Assembly (NCBI GenBank): GCA_963716985.1
Contig: OY970323.1
Location: 1,472,001 to 1,536,000 of the forward strand
DNA: 64,000 nucleotides
Reading direction: 5' to 3'
From: an uncultured bacterium
GTDB taxonomy: Bacteria; Chlamydiota; Chlamydiia; Chlamydiales; SM23-39
In this document: positions 34,492 through 44,400 of the stretch, piece after piece
Numbering within the stretch: position 1 is the first letter of the stretch
Layout: each line of letters opens with the position of its first letter
Translations under genes and position numbers: made by a program
The notes under the pieces: generated by a model
Database searches by the model: none
What the model was told of the DNA's origin: nothing
What the model saw: only the letters and a program-made list of their open reading frames with translations

Positions 34492-35247
34492 ATGACTACA
34501 GCAATTCGCCCTTTCGAGAGCTCTATAAGTTGCCGATATGCGGAAATGGTGGATGAAAAGGATTTTGCGTCCAAAAGCAAGAATCCGGTGTTCAGCTTAC
34601 TCGGGAGCTCTTGTGAATTTTCCGTCGAGGCGTCTCCTGAAAGACAAAAAAACTTCATGGTCGCAGAAAACATTCGACAACATGTGAAGAGCTTAGGGAT
34701 TTTTTCTCCAAATTTCCCGGCAAGATATTATGTCGATCATGGTTGTTGTTATTCTCTTGAGGATTTTTATGAAAGATGTTTGAATCCGTTTTGGGATCGT
34801 ACAGCTGACCTAATTGTAAAATGTTTGGGTTTATTTAAGGGAAATTCAGGAGCAGCAATACCTGATTTTGAAGATCTGGCAAAGGCTGTTGAGGCTGCCC
34901 GATGCGGAGATTGTTTTGGAATGAGCATTGCAAGCTATATTTATGCATTGAAACAATATGGGGAAAGCTTTCATTTTTCCATAACAGGCCTTAGAAATCA
35001 TTTTTTCCTAATTGTCGGCGCGCCCAGAAAAGAGGCGGACACAGCGGCCCTGCAAGACGATGACTTCATTTGCGACACCTGGGCAGGATCTATTTTTCCT
35101 GCGTCTCATCCTGAGCATTTGATGGATTTTATGGGTACACAATTCTGTCAATCCTTCTCCTATATGCGGACCTTTGTAACGCCTTGGACAAACTCCTTTG
35201 TTTTCCACGGCTCGAAACATCAAGATCTTCCCGCGCAGCGGACTTAA
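34492..35247 (+). CDS. Putative Cys-His-Asp effector, paralog 2
   Basis: RBS AGGAG; CGDCFGMS, NHFFLIVG, ICDTWAG; long DNA identity with paralog 1. Confidence 0.7.
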   Translation: MTTAIRPFESSISCRYAEMVDEKDFASKSKNPVFSLLGSSCEFSVEASPERQKNFMVAENIRQHVKSLGIFSPNFPARYYVDHGCCYSLEDFYERCLNPFWDRTADLIVKCLGLFKGNSGAAIPDFEDLAKAVEAARCGDCFGMSIASYIYALKQYGESFHFSITGLRNHFFLIVGAPRKEADTAALQDDDFICDTWAGSIFPASHPEHLMDFMGTQFCQSFSYMRTFVTPWTNSFVFHGSKHQDLPAQRT

Positions 35248-35271
35248 AACATCTCTGCGAAAAGGGAGGCC

Positions 35272-35991
35272 TTGATTTGCCCCGGCAGGAACGATCACCT
35301 GTTCCATTTATTAGGAACTTCTGTCTCTTGCGGTTTCGAGTATGCGCAGGAAAGACATGCAATCTTAAGCGTTGCCAAAAGCATTCAAGAGTATATCAAC
35401 AGCTTGCACATTCTTTCCGGGAATTTTCCTGCAAGGTTTTATTCCCATCGGTCCTTCTCCGCAAAGGATTTCAACGCCAGACTTTCAGCTCCGGGTGCCA
35501 TTATTGCCTGCATAGAGTTTAAAAAATGTTATGTTTTCATTCGATCGAAGGAAACGTCAGATCCTGCAGATTTTATCAATCTGGCCGATGCCGTTGAAAG
35601 ATACCGATTTGGGAACTGCTTTGCCATGAGCGCACTGAGCTATATTTATGCGCTGAAACAATATGGGGAAAGCTTTTATTTCACTATTAAATACTTGAAT
35701 AATCATGCCTTTTTAATTGTCGGCGCGCCGAGAAAAGAGGATCGGGCACCTCTTCTCAAGGATGATGTTATCTGCGATACTTGGGCAGGATCGGTTTTTC
35801 CTGCTGCATTTGCACGGCAAAAGTTGACGGATTTTTCCGGCCTTGAACCATCGCAGCCCAAACTATGCCAACGCCTACCGCATACGATTGTAAAAGAATG
35901 GGTGGATTCATTCGTTTATTCTGATGCCAAACAGATCCCCCAGCAACTTCCCCCTCAATCCGATGCAATCGTAGAAGAGTTTTCTTTTTAG
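35272..35991 (+). CDS. Putative Cys-His-Asp effector, paralog 3 (divergent, possibly 5'-truncated)
   Basis: FGNCFAMS, NHAFLIVG, ICDTWAG. Confidence 0.65.
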   Translation: MICPGRNDHLFHLLGTSVSCGFEYAQERHAILSVAKSIQEYINSLHILSGNFPARFYSHRSFSAKDFNARLSAPGAIIACIEFKKCYVFIRSKETSDPADFINLADAVERYRFGNCFAMSALSYIYALKQYGESFYFTIKYLNNHAFLIVGAPRKEDRAPLLKDDVICDTWAGSVFPAAFARQKLTDFSGLEPSQPKLCQRLPHTIVKEWVDSFVYSDAKQIPQQLPPQSDAIVEEFSF

Positions 35992-36437
35992 TGACGATCC
36001 TTAAGAACCTTCCCTTCGAAAAATTAGACTGTAGCAGCGGCAGTACTGAACGGTTTCCAAAGACGCGTAGCATCGGTTCCTCGGAGAGTAGCCATCCCTC
36101 CCGCCAATTTCCGCCCATCCTTCCATAGATGGTTTAGGAGATCTACACCTTTCGGTTCTTGGTCGGATTGGAGGTGTTTTGGACATGAGATTTAATGTTG
36201 CATAGAGCCCATAAGAAGTCATTTCAACTTCTTTTTTCAAAGACGAGACCGGAAAAGCCCAAGGATTCAGCCATGGATTATCCCTAATGATCGAGTGCAT
36301 GGAGAGCTGATTGTTGATTCATGTCGAAAAGATTATCATCCACTTGCAGCATTATGTCAATGAAATTGATTTTTTGCTTATATCGCATCTTAAAATAATT
36401 AAGTTTGTTTTTTATATAAAAAAAATCTCAAAAAGCA

Positions 36438-38192
36438 GCAAGTGCTCATAAAACTGAGGTAAAAAACTTTAAGTTTCTTTGAGCCGCGAGGGAGCTCGCG
36501 ACACGATTACTTGCGACAACCTGGGAATTTTACACAACCCGTTGATTCTGTCTTCAAGATATCCGAAAAAAGTGATTCCAAGCTTACAGCAAGTCTTTTT
36601 TAGGCTTACAAAAGTATCTCGACATTTTTGACCTTCTTCACTACGAGTCCCTCCGGATACTTTCCGCTTAACCACCATCTCTCGAGCATCGGTTTCGGTT
36701 CCATTATTGTGAAGGGGGGTGTCTGGTTTCTCTAATACCCTGAGCAATTCGTCCTTTTTTTCATAAGTTTTTGCCAGCTGTTTGTTTAGGGTGGGACTGA
36801 TGGTTTTCTTTTTTGAGAATAAATTGTCAAAATTCTGCTCGAGAATCAATTTTAGGCTTTCAGAGGGCGCGAGTTTGTATTCCTGCAGCCCCTTGTATAA
36901 ATCCCAAATTTCTCCCCGGACTTGCTCGATTGCTTTGCGTGTTGCTTCGTCAAAGGGAATGAGTTTTCGATAATGCCTCTCCTCATGGATCCAACATAAA
37001 GATCGAACGAAGACATTGAATTGCCCTGCATCATCTCCATGCACTCCAAGATCTCTTGGTATGCCATTTTCTATCAGGCTCGCGAATAGGGCGGCCTCGG
37101 TTACAAGTTTTATGTCGCTTTCTGACTTGATGTTTATTGCGAGTAAAAATTTCTCCCATTCTATTTGATTCATGGATCGATATCGGGCCTGCAAAAGGAG
37201 GTATCCTCCTAACCAACTCGAGGGTTTTAGGGTCTCAATGTAGTCTGCAGTGTCTTCATTGATAAGATATCGAGGAGCCGTCCCATGCAATATCTTGAGA
37301 AAATTTATGCGACTTTTGCTTTCTGTCGACACAATGTAGGTAAAATATTCGTTCCCTATGATCGTCGAGTAGCCATTATGCCCTCGGTGGCGAGCGCCGG
37401 TGTCGTCTACTTTTACTTGTCCTGTAGCTGCTATCCCCGCGGACAATAGCTCGTTCTTTTCCTGATGGAAGGCTTCCTTTCCTTGGATCAAAATATTGCT
37501 CAACTGTCCTTCGGAGATCAATACGCCAATTTCTTTCAACTGTGCAAACAGCAGAGGTTCTGTAATACGACAGCCATAATATTGGTGCAAAACGTAGCTG
37601 ATCAATTGAGGGCCATAATGTCCCTGGATATTTTGCGGCAATTTACCTGTTAAGTAAGTGCCATCAGGCAATTGCCATCGCTCGAGTTCGTATATGGTAT
37701 TGTAAGGCTGAAGAATGATGTCCTGTACGGTAAATTTCTGACATCCTTTGAAGGTAGCTCCTTCGGGAACTGATTCGGGCTTAATGCGACTTCTGGTATG
37801 TATCTCAAGTTTTTTGGTTTTTTTACGTCGAGGATGCATCCCCCTGGAGAGTTTATTTTTGTCGTTTTGCTTATCTTTGCTTTGTTGCCCCTCTAAAGTG
37901 CTGGGAGGAATCTTTGGACGGGGCTTTTGTCCCTTGAGAATTGCAATCTCATCTTTTAGTCGTTGGATTTCTTCGTGCTGAAATGAAATGGTGTTCAAAG
38001 CAATGTCGAGGCGATCTCTTAGGCGTCGATCTTCTTCAGCGAGCTGGGTATTTTGCTCTAAAATTCGTTGAATGAGGTCATTGTTATTCTGCATAAGCAA
38101 GTAAATTTACGATGACGAACGATTAAAGAAAAGATTTATATTTTTTTAGGATCTAAGAATGAGGTATTTACCTCAACTTTTTGAGCACTTGC
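36438..38192 (-). mobile_element. IS66 family element, copy 2 (matches 1189-2943)
   Basis: Same TIRs; different 8-bp duplication AAAAAGCA at 36430-36437 and 38193-38200. Confidence 0.92.
36469..38100 (-). CDS. IS66 family transposase (543 aa)
   Basis: Protein identical to 1220-2851. Confidence 0.92.
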   Translation of the reverse strand: MLMQNNNDLIQRILEQNTQLAEEDRRLRDRLDIALNTISFQHEEIQRLKDEIAILKGQKPRPKIPPSTLEGQQSKDKQNDKNKLSRGMHPRRKKTKKLEIHTRSRIKPESVPEGATFKGCQKFTVQDIILQPYNTIYELERWQLPDGTYLTGKLPQNIQGHYGPQLISYVLHQYYGCRITEPLLFAQLKEIGVLISEGQLSNILIQGKEAFHQEKNELLSAGIAATGQVKVDDTGARHRGHNGYSTIIGNEYFTYIVSTESKSRINFLKILHGTAPRYLINEDTADYIETLKPSSWLGGYLLLQARYRSMNQIEWEKFLLAINIKSESDIKLVTEAALFASLIENGIPRDLGVHGDDAGQFNVFVRSLCWIHEERHYRKLIPFDEATRKAIEQVRGEIWDLYKGLQEYKLAPSESLKLILEQNFDNLFSKKKTISPTLNKQLAKTYEKKDELLRVLEKPDTPLHNNGTETDAREMVVKRKVSGGTRSEEGQKCRDTFVSLKKTCCKLGITFFGYLEDRINGLCKIPRLSQVIVSRAPSRLKET

Positions 38193-38552
38193 AAAAAGCA
38201 GACAAACATTAAACATTCTTGTCTAGCAAATCTTCTTGTACATTAGCCGAGGCATCTTATGAAAAACAGAAACTAAATAATCAGCTCTGAGAATGTCTAT
38301 GGAGGAAAATTTTTGATCCCAATCATACTCAAAAAAGAATTCCTCCACCGAATTTTCTGACCCGAAAAAAGATCTAGCGAGAATGAAAAAAACAGCAAAA
38401 TCGCAATTTAATGAAATTTTTAATATACTAACCACATTAATAAAAACATATTTATTTGTTAATATAAATGTATTTCATTGATTTTTAACATCTATTGTTA
38501 TAAGCTTTATACAGACAAACAAGATATCAAAAAAACACTACAAGAAAACAAC

Positions 38553-39479
38553 ATGATTCATTTATTCGGCCGCTCGCGCCAACCCGCTTCTTTCTTTCCT
38601 GCTTGGGTTTCACCTTTTAAGGCGTGCTCGATCGTCAACAGATCCGCTCGAACCATTTTTTCAGGAATTGGCCACCTCTTCCAACTCTCCTCCAAGGGAG
38701 TCTTTAAAATCCTGAAAGACTGCGTTCATCGCCCCAGTGGTTTTTTTTATACCCTCGTAAAAATCGCCGCCGGTTCCTGGCTTTGCCACTTATGCGTTAC
38801 CAGTCCACAATTCCACGAACTGAATCTTGGGGCCCAAACGGGAATGTTTATCGCCGGATGGATCTCCTATCTTGTCATCGACGCCGTTCTCCATTGGTCA
38901 AAAGATACTTTGGGCATTAAAAACCTTCTGCAAAGCGAAAAAAAACCTCTGACAAGGGCCTTTCTTTCCCTTGCGGCGAACGGCTCTATCATGTACGCCC
39001 TACAGATGCCGGGGGGAAATTATGCTTCGATGCTCTTTCAAGGGATCTATACCTATCTACAGACGGCCAACCTTTCCGAAACCTTCATGCAAATGATCGA
39101 CAAAGCAAGATCGACCAACGACATGTTAACGCCCATTACCACACTGCTGCACCACCCATTAACGTTTTTCTGCACGCTTGGCAATTTTATGAAAGATACG
39201 ATCATCAATCCTAAGAGAGCGGCTCTCAATTTCCATCAAGGATTAAGCGCGCTTTTTGAAAAATTCATCAATGCCTACAAAGATAGAAATTGGCGGGAAC
39301 TCTTGGCAAGGGCCATGGCCATTCTCCTGCCCACCATTCTGGCGGCTTCCATCATCCTTTCGATGGCGCTCACCGCAGGCATCTCGACCGCAATGATTAT
39401 TGTAGCCGCTACTTTGGGCCTTTTATGCGCCTATATTTTAACGCAAGCGTGTAACGAACATTGGCCGCGGGATGATTAA
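38553..39479 (+). CDS. Hypothetical membrane protein, possibly inclusion-membrane (Inc-like)
   Basis: Long ORF with a ~45-aa bilobed hydrophobic stretch near the C-terminus; start uncertain. Confidence 0.6.
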   Translation: MIHLFGRSRQPASFFPAWVSPFKACSIVNRSARTIFSGIGHLFQLSSKGVFKILKDCVHRPSGFFYTLVKIAAGSWLCHLCVTSPQFHELNLGAQTGMFIAGWISYLVIDAVLHWSKDTLGIKNLLQSEKKPLTRAFLSLAANGSIMYALQMPGGNYASMLFQGIYTYLQTANLSETFMQMIDKARSTNDMLTPITTLLHHPLTFFCTLGNFMKDTIINPKRAALNFHQGLSALFEKFINAYKDRNWRELLARAMAILLPTILAASIILSMALTAGISTAMIIVAATLGLLCAYILTQACNEHWPRDD

Positions 39480-41263
39480 GTTTTCTCTCCCACGCATTCT
39501 TTGTAGCTAGCATCTGCTTTATAAACGAGTCCCTTTTCCGGATCCAGAATCACAAACTCTTTCTCTTTGAGAAGGCTCATCGCATGGTCCGCGCGTACGA
39601 TCAGGGAAATATGCAAACTTTTCGCCGCTGCAAGGGCATATTTTTCCGAAGAGGTATCTCCCATATGGTTCTGTAAGATCACGCCGCTTGCGCTGCACAT
39701 TAAGGGAACATAACTTTCATCGCATCGGGGAATGACGAGTATTTTCCCACTGACGTTTTTCACGCTTTTCTTTTCTGCAAATCCACACATGGCCACTCTT
39801 CCCTTCACAGGAGTGCCCACTCCCAAGTAGCCGCGCACGAGAACATGCCCAATGCTCTCCACCATCATCAAATTCGTCGATCCTTTTTTATTAAAAGGAA
39901 CGCCTGCGGTCATCACCACGAGATCGCCAAAAGAGACCAATCCTTTTTGCAAAGCAAACTGGCTCATCAAAGCAAACGCCTCATCGGCATTCTTGCATTT
40001 TTTAGAGAGAAGAGAGCTCACTCCCCATAAATAGGAAAGCTGATGGTAGATCTTTGCGCTCGTCGTGAGCGCGATGATGGGAACTTGCGGGCGGAAACGA
40101 GAAACAAGCCGGGCAGTAAAGCCGCTATGGGTAAAAACAAAGATCGCTTTTGCCCGCGAGCTATAGGCCGTTTTTACCGCAGCGATCGCAACGGAGGAAG
40201 AGACGTCATAATAATCTCCTTTCGCTTCCCTTTCAAAAAAGGAGAGGTAGTCGAAATCCCCTTCCGTTTCCTGAATGATTTTTCGCATCTGAAGAACGGA
40301 CTCAACAGGATATTTGCCCACCGAAGTTTCCGCAGAAAGCATGACCGAAGAGGCGCTATCGTAGATCGCATTGGCAACATCGGAAGCTTCGGCGCGGGTG
40401 GGCCTTGGATTTTGAATCATCGATTCGAGCATCTGGGTAGCGATCACTACGGGCTTGCAGCCCATCGTACTCTTTCGAATCATCATCTTTTGAAGTTTCG
40501 GAACAAGGCTCAAATCAATCTCCACGCCAAGATCCCCTCGGGCCACCATGATCCCATCCGCCACCTCGACAATGGAATCAAAATTTTTGATTCCTTCTTT
40601 ATTTTCGATTTTGGCAATCACGGGAATTTCGTAAGAACACTCCTTTTCGAGAAAATTTTTAATCATCAGAACATGTTCTGCCGAACGCACGAAAGACGCG
40701 GCCACTAAGTCAATGCCGTGTTTACATCCAAATTTAAGATCTTCCATGTCTTTTTCCGACAGGGCCGGCAGATTCAAAATAGCATCGGGAATATTGACCT
40801 TTTTTCCGCTTTTGAGCGCTCCCGGATTTTTGATTTCGACAACAACGCCCCTCTTTGTTTTTTCAACGACGTGCGATTGAATATATCCATCGTCAAACAG
40901 AATGTTCATCCCTTCTTCCACACAGGATAAAACGGAAAAGGGGTCGATCATCGCCTCATCTGCTTTTCCCGAAAACTTCTCCACAAGAATCAAGCGATCC
41001 TTTGGCTTTAGTCGAATCAAATCCTTCTTCACCTTACGGATGCGAATTTCAGGACCCTTTGTATCCAAAAGAATGGCCACGGGCTTTTTGTTCTTTTCAC
41101 GTGCCTTCTTGAGCCTGTTGATGATCTGCAGATGCCAATCATAACTCCCATGGCTAAAGTTCAATCGAGCCACATTCATTCCCGCGTCAATCAACGCGAT
41201 CATCTTCTCCTTGCTGCTGGTCTGAGGGCCCATCGTGCAAATGATCTTTGTGCGTAAAAACAT
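39476..41263 (-). CDS. pyk: Pyruvate kinase with C-terminal extension
   Basis: RTKIICTMGP, ARLNFSHG, DTKGPEIR, MVARGDLGVE, ATQMLESM. Confidence 0.97.
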   Translation of the reverse strand: MFLRTKIICTMGPQTSSKEKMIALIDAGMNVARLNFSHGSYDWHLQIINRLKKAREKNKKPVAILLDTKGPEIRIRKVKKDLIRLKPKDRLILVEKFSGKADEAMIDPFSVLSCVEEGMNILFDDGYIQSHVVEKTKRGVVVEIKNPGALKSGKKVNIPDAILNLPALSEKDMEDLKFGCKHGIDLVAASFVRSAEHVLMIKNFLEKECSYEIPVIAKIENKEGIKNFDSIVEVADGIMVARGDLGVEIDLSLVPKLQKMMIRKSTMGCKPVVIATQMLESMIQNPRPTRAEASDVANAIYDSASSVMLSAETSVGKYPVESVLQMRKIIQETEGDFDYLSFFEREAKGDYYDVSSSVAIAAVKTAYSSRAKAIFVFTHSGFTARLVSRFRPQVPIIALTTSAKIYHQLSYLWGVSSLLSKKCKNADEAFALMSQFALQKGLVSFGDLVVMTAGVPFNKKGSTNLMMVESIGHVLVRGYLGVGTPVKGRVAMCGFAEKKSVKNVSGKILVIPRCDESYVPLMCSASGVILQNHMGDTSSEKYALAAAKSLHISLIVRADHAMSLLKEKEFVILDPEKGLVYKADASYKECVGEKT

Positions 41264-41454
41264 CCGGTCTTTCTCCTCTTTTTGGCCTTGGATAAGAACA
41301 TCCTCTTTAAGGAATATTTTATTGTATATCACCTCAGGAGATTTTTTTTTAAAAATTCTCTCTCATTTTCTTTTTTACGTCAGATCGGGGAAGAAAATTG
41401 ATGAGAAATCGCCCGTAGGAATATGATAGTTGTGAAATCAAACATTTTCTTTTT

Positions 41455-44400
41455 GTGTCCCGGCAGCCCATCATTTTAAAAAAAGTAAAAGTTCACAACC
41501 TCAAAGAGGTGTCGCTTCAATTAGATTCCAGAAAGCTCATCGTCTTCACGGGAGTCTCCGGATCGGGAAAATCTTCTTTGGCATTCGACACCATCTTTGT
41601 TGAAGGGCAAAGACGCTATATCGAATCTCTCTCCCACCATGCACGCCGCTTCTTAAAAGAAATGAACAAGCCCGATGCCGAGCTCATCTCCGGCCTTTCC
41701 CCTACCCTTGCCATCGAACAAAAGGGCATACAGAAAAATCCAAGGTCCACAGTGGGCACAATTACGACGATCTATGATTATCTCCGCGTTCTTTATGCCA
41801 GAATCGGCACTCCCCACTGTCCGATAAGCGGAGAGGTGGTCATGCCGCAAAGCCGGGAGAAGATCTTGCAAAAGATCGAAAAAAACTTTTGGCATAAAAA
41901 AATCTATCTCCTCTGCCCGCTTGCGCGAAAAAAAAAGGGCTCCTTTCAAGACGAGTTTGCCGATCTCATCAAACGCGGCTTTACCCGAGTAAGAATCGAC
42001 GGATCGCTCGCCGATCTTACGGAAAAAATAGAGCTCAATAAAAGCTTTTTTCACGACATCGATCTTGTCATCGACCGACTCTACATCGAGGAGAGTTCGA
42101 AAAGCCGGTTTGCAGAATCCACCTTTCTTGCTCTCGAAATGGGGGGCGGCTCCCTCTCTGTTCTCGATATTGAAAAAGAAGAGGAGGTCTCTTTTTCCGA
42201 GCATGCTTTTTCGCAAAAATCCCAACTCTCCTATGGACCATTAGAGCCACAAAATTTTTCCTTCAACCATCCCTTTGGCGCTTGCACGAACTGCCAGGGT
42301 CTTGGAGAAACCTATGAATTTATCTTAGAAAAAATCATCGACCCCAACCTGAGCATTGCCCAAGATTGCTGCATCATCGCCAGCCCCTATCAAACGGTTC
42401 GTTTCGGAAACATCTATCGCAACTTAGGGCAGCTTTATGATTTCGACGTCCATACACCCTGGAAAAATCTCTCGGAAGAGGCAAAAAAGGTATTCCTTTA
42501 TGGCACGGGAAAAAAATGGACCCGGATGATCTTCATCCATCCGGTGACAAAAAAACGGTGGCACCAGTTTGTCTCTTGGAAGGGAGTGGTCCACGAAGCA
42601 TTGCTCCGTTTTTCAGAAGCGAAAAGCGAACTATTTCGAAAAAGGATGCAAGAATTCATGGGCCATGGCCTTTGCCCCTCATGCAAAGGAAGCCGTTTAG
42701 AGACCTATCCTTCGGCAACGACAATCGGAGGGAAAAAGATCCATGAGATCACCGCTCTTTCTTTGGAAGAGGCAAAGCAATTCTTCGAAAATCTTTTCCT
42801 AGACGAGGAAGAAACAATCATCGCAGGCGATCTGATTCGAGAAATACAAAAAAGAATTGCGCTTCTCATCGATGTCGGTCTCTCCTACCTTTCTTTAGAC
42901 CGCTCTTCCCTCTCTTTGAGCGGAGGAGAGGCGCAGAGAGTCAAGCTCTCGGCACAGATTGGATCGGGCCTGATCGGGACTACCTATGTTTTGGACGAGC
43001 CCTCCATCGGGCTTCATCCTGCCGACCACCATCAATTAATCCAGACACTCTTCACCATGAGAGACAAGGGAAATACCATCCTTGTCGTCGAACATGATCG
43101 CGAAACGATCGAAAGCGCCGATATCATTGTAGACGTAGGGCCGCTGGCGGGTAAAAATGGAGGAGAGATCCTCTCCTGCGGATCTCTTCAAGAATTGATC
43201 GAAAATCCCCGATCATTAACGGGCGCCTACCTTTCCGGAAAAAAGAAGTTCACTCCCCCCAAAAAGAGAAAAAAGCCTCCGAAAGAAGCCCTTTGTCTTT
43301 ATGGGGCCTCCCTTCATAATCTAAAAAACGTAAATATTCGTATACCCTTGCAACTCTTCACCTGCGTCACAGGCGTGTCCGGCTCCGGGAAATCCTCCCT
43401 CATCTCCGACACCCTTTTTCCCGCTCTTGCAAACCGACTCCATCAGAGCCATCTTCCTTGCGGGAATTTTCAAAAAATCGAAGGACTCGAGCAGATTGAA
43501 AAAGTCATCTTCGTCGATCAATCTCCGATTGGGAAAAACATTCGGTCCAATCCCGCAACCTATATCAAACTATTCGATGAGATCCGCGATCTTTTTTCCT
43601 CTCTTCCCTCAAGTCAAATCCACGGTTTTGGGGCCGGTCATTTCAGTTTCAACATTCTCGAAGGATCCTGCCCCTATTGCAAAGGGCTTGGGGCTGTCAA
43701 AATCGATATGGACTTCATGGAAGATGTCCTTTCCGAATGCATCCAGTGCAAAGGGAAACGCTTCGAAAAAGAGATCCTTTCGGTCGAATATAAGGGCAAA
43801 AACATCTTCGACATACTCGAGATGGAGGTCGATACCGCCTTGGAGTTTTTCGAAGCGATACCCGGCATTCGAAAAAAGCTATCGCTTCTTCAAGAGGTGG
43901 GGCTCGGATATCTGCGCTTGAGCCAAAGCTCTCCCACTCTCTCCGGCGGCGAGGCGCAGCGCATCAAACTGGCCAAAGAACTCTCTCGTCCTTCCCACGG
44001 AAAAACCCTCTATATCTTTGACGAGCCCACAACAGGCCTGCATTTCTATGATATGGAAAAACTCCTTTCGATCTTTCAAAAGCTTCAGGAAAAGGGAAAT
44101 ACCATTCTCGTCGTCGAGCACAACATGGAACTGGTCCAGATGGCCGATTGGATCATTGAAATGGGGCCCGGCGCGAGCCGCTTGGGAGGATCCGTCATCT
44201 TTGAAGGAAATCCCGAGAAGCTCGCGCAAACAGACACGCCGACCGGGAAAGCCCTTGCCCGCCTCTTCCAAAACAAGAAATTTCAAAAGCCGCCACAAGA
44301 AAAACCGGCACTTCCTATCGAGAATATTTCCATTGTCCATGCACAAACCAACAATCTGCAGCAGATCAATCTTGAAATTCCCCATAACAAAATGACCGTG

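Noticed and set aside
33196..35247. Paralog pair as a diversity-generating retroelement TR/VR
   Set aside because: No intact RT nearby and the differences are not visibly adenine-specific.
36001..36300. 99-aa minus-strand ORF
   Set aside because: No recognisable motif; coding status cannot be supported.
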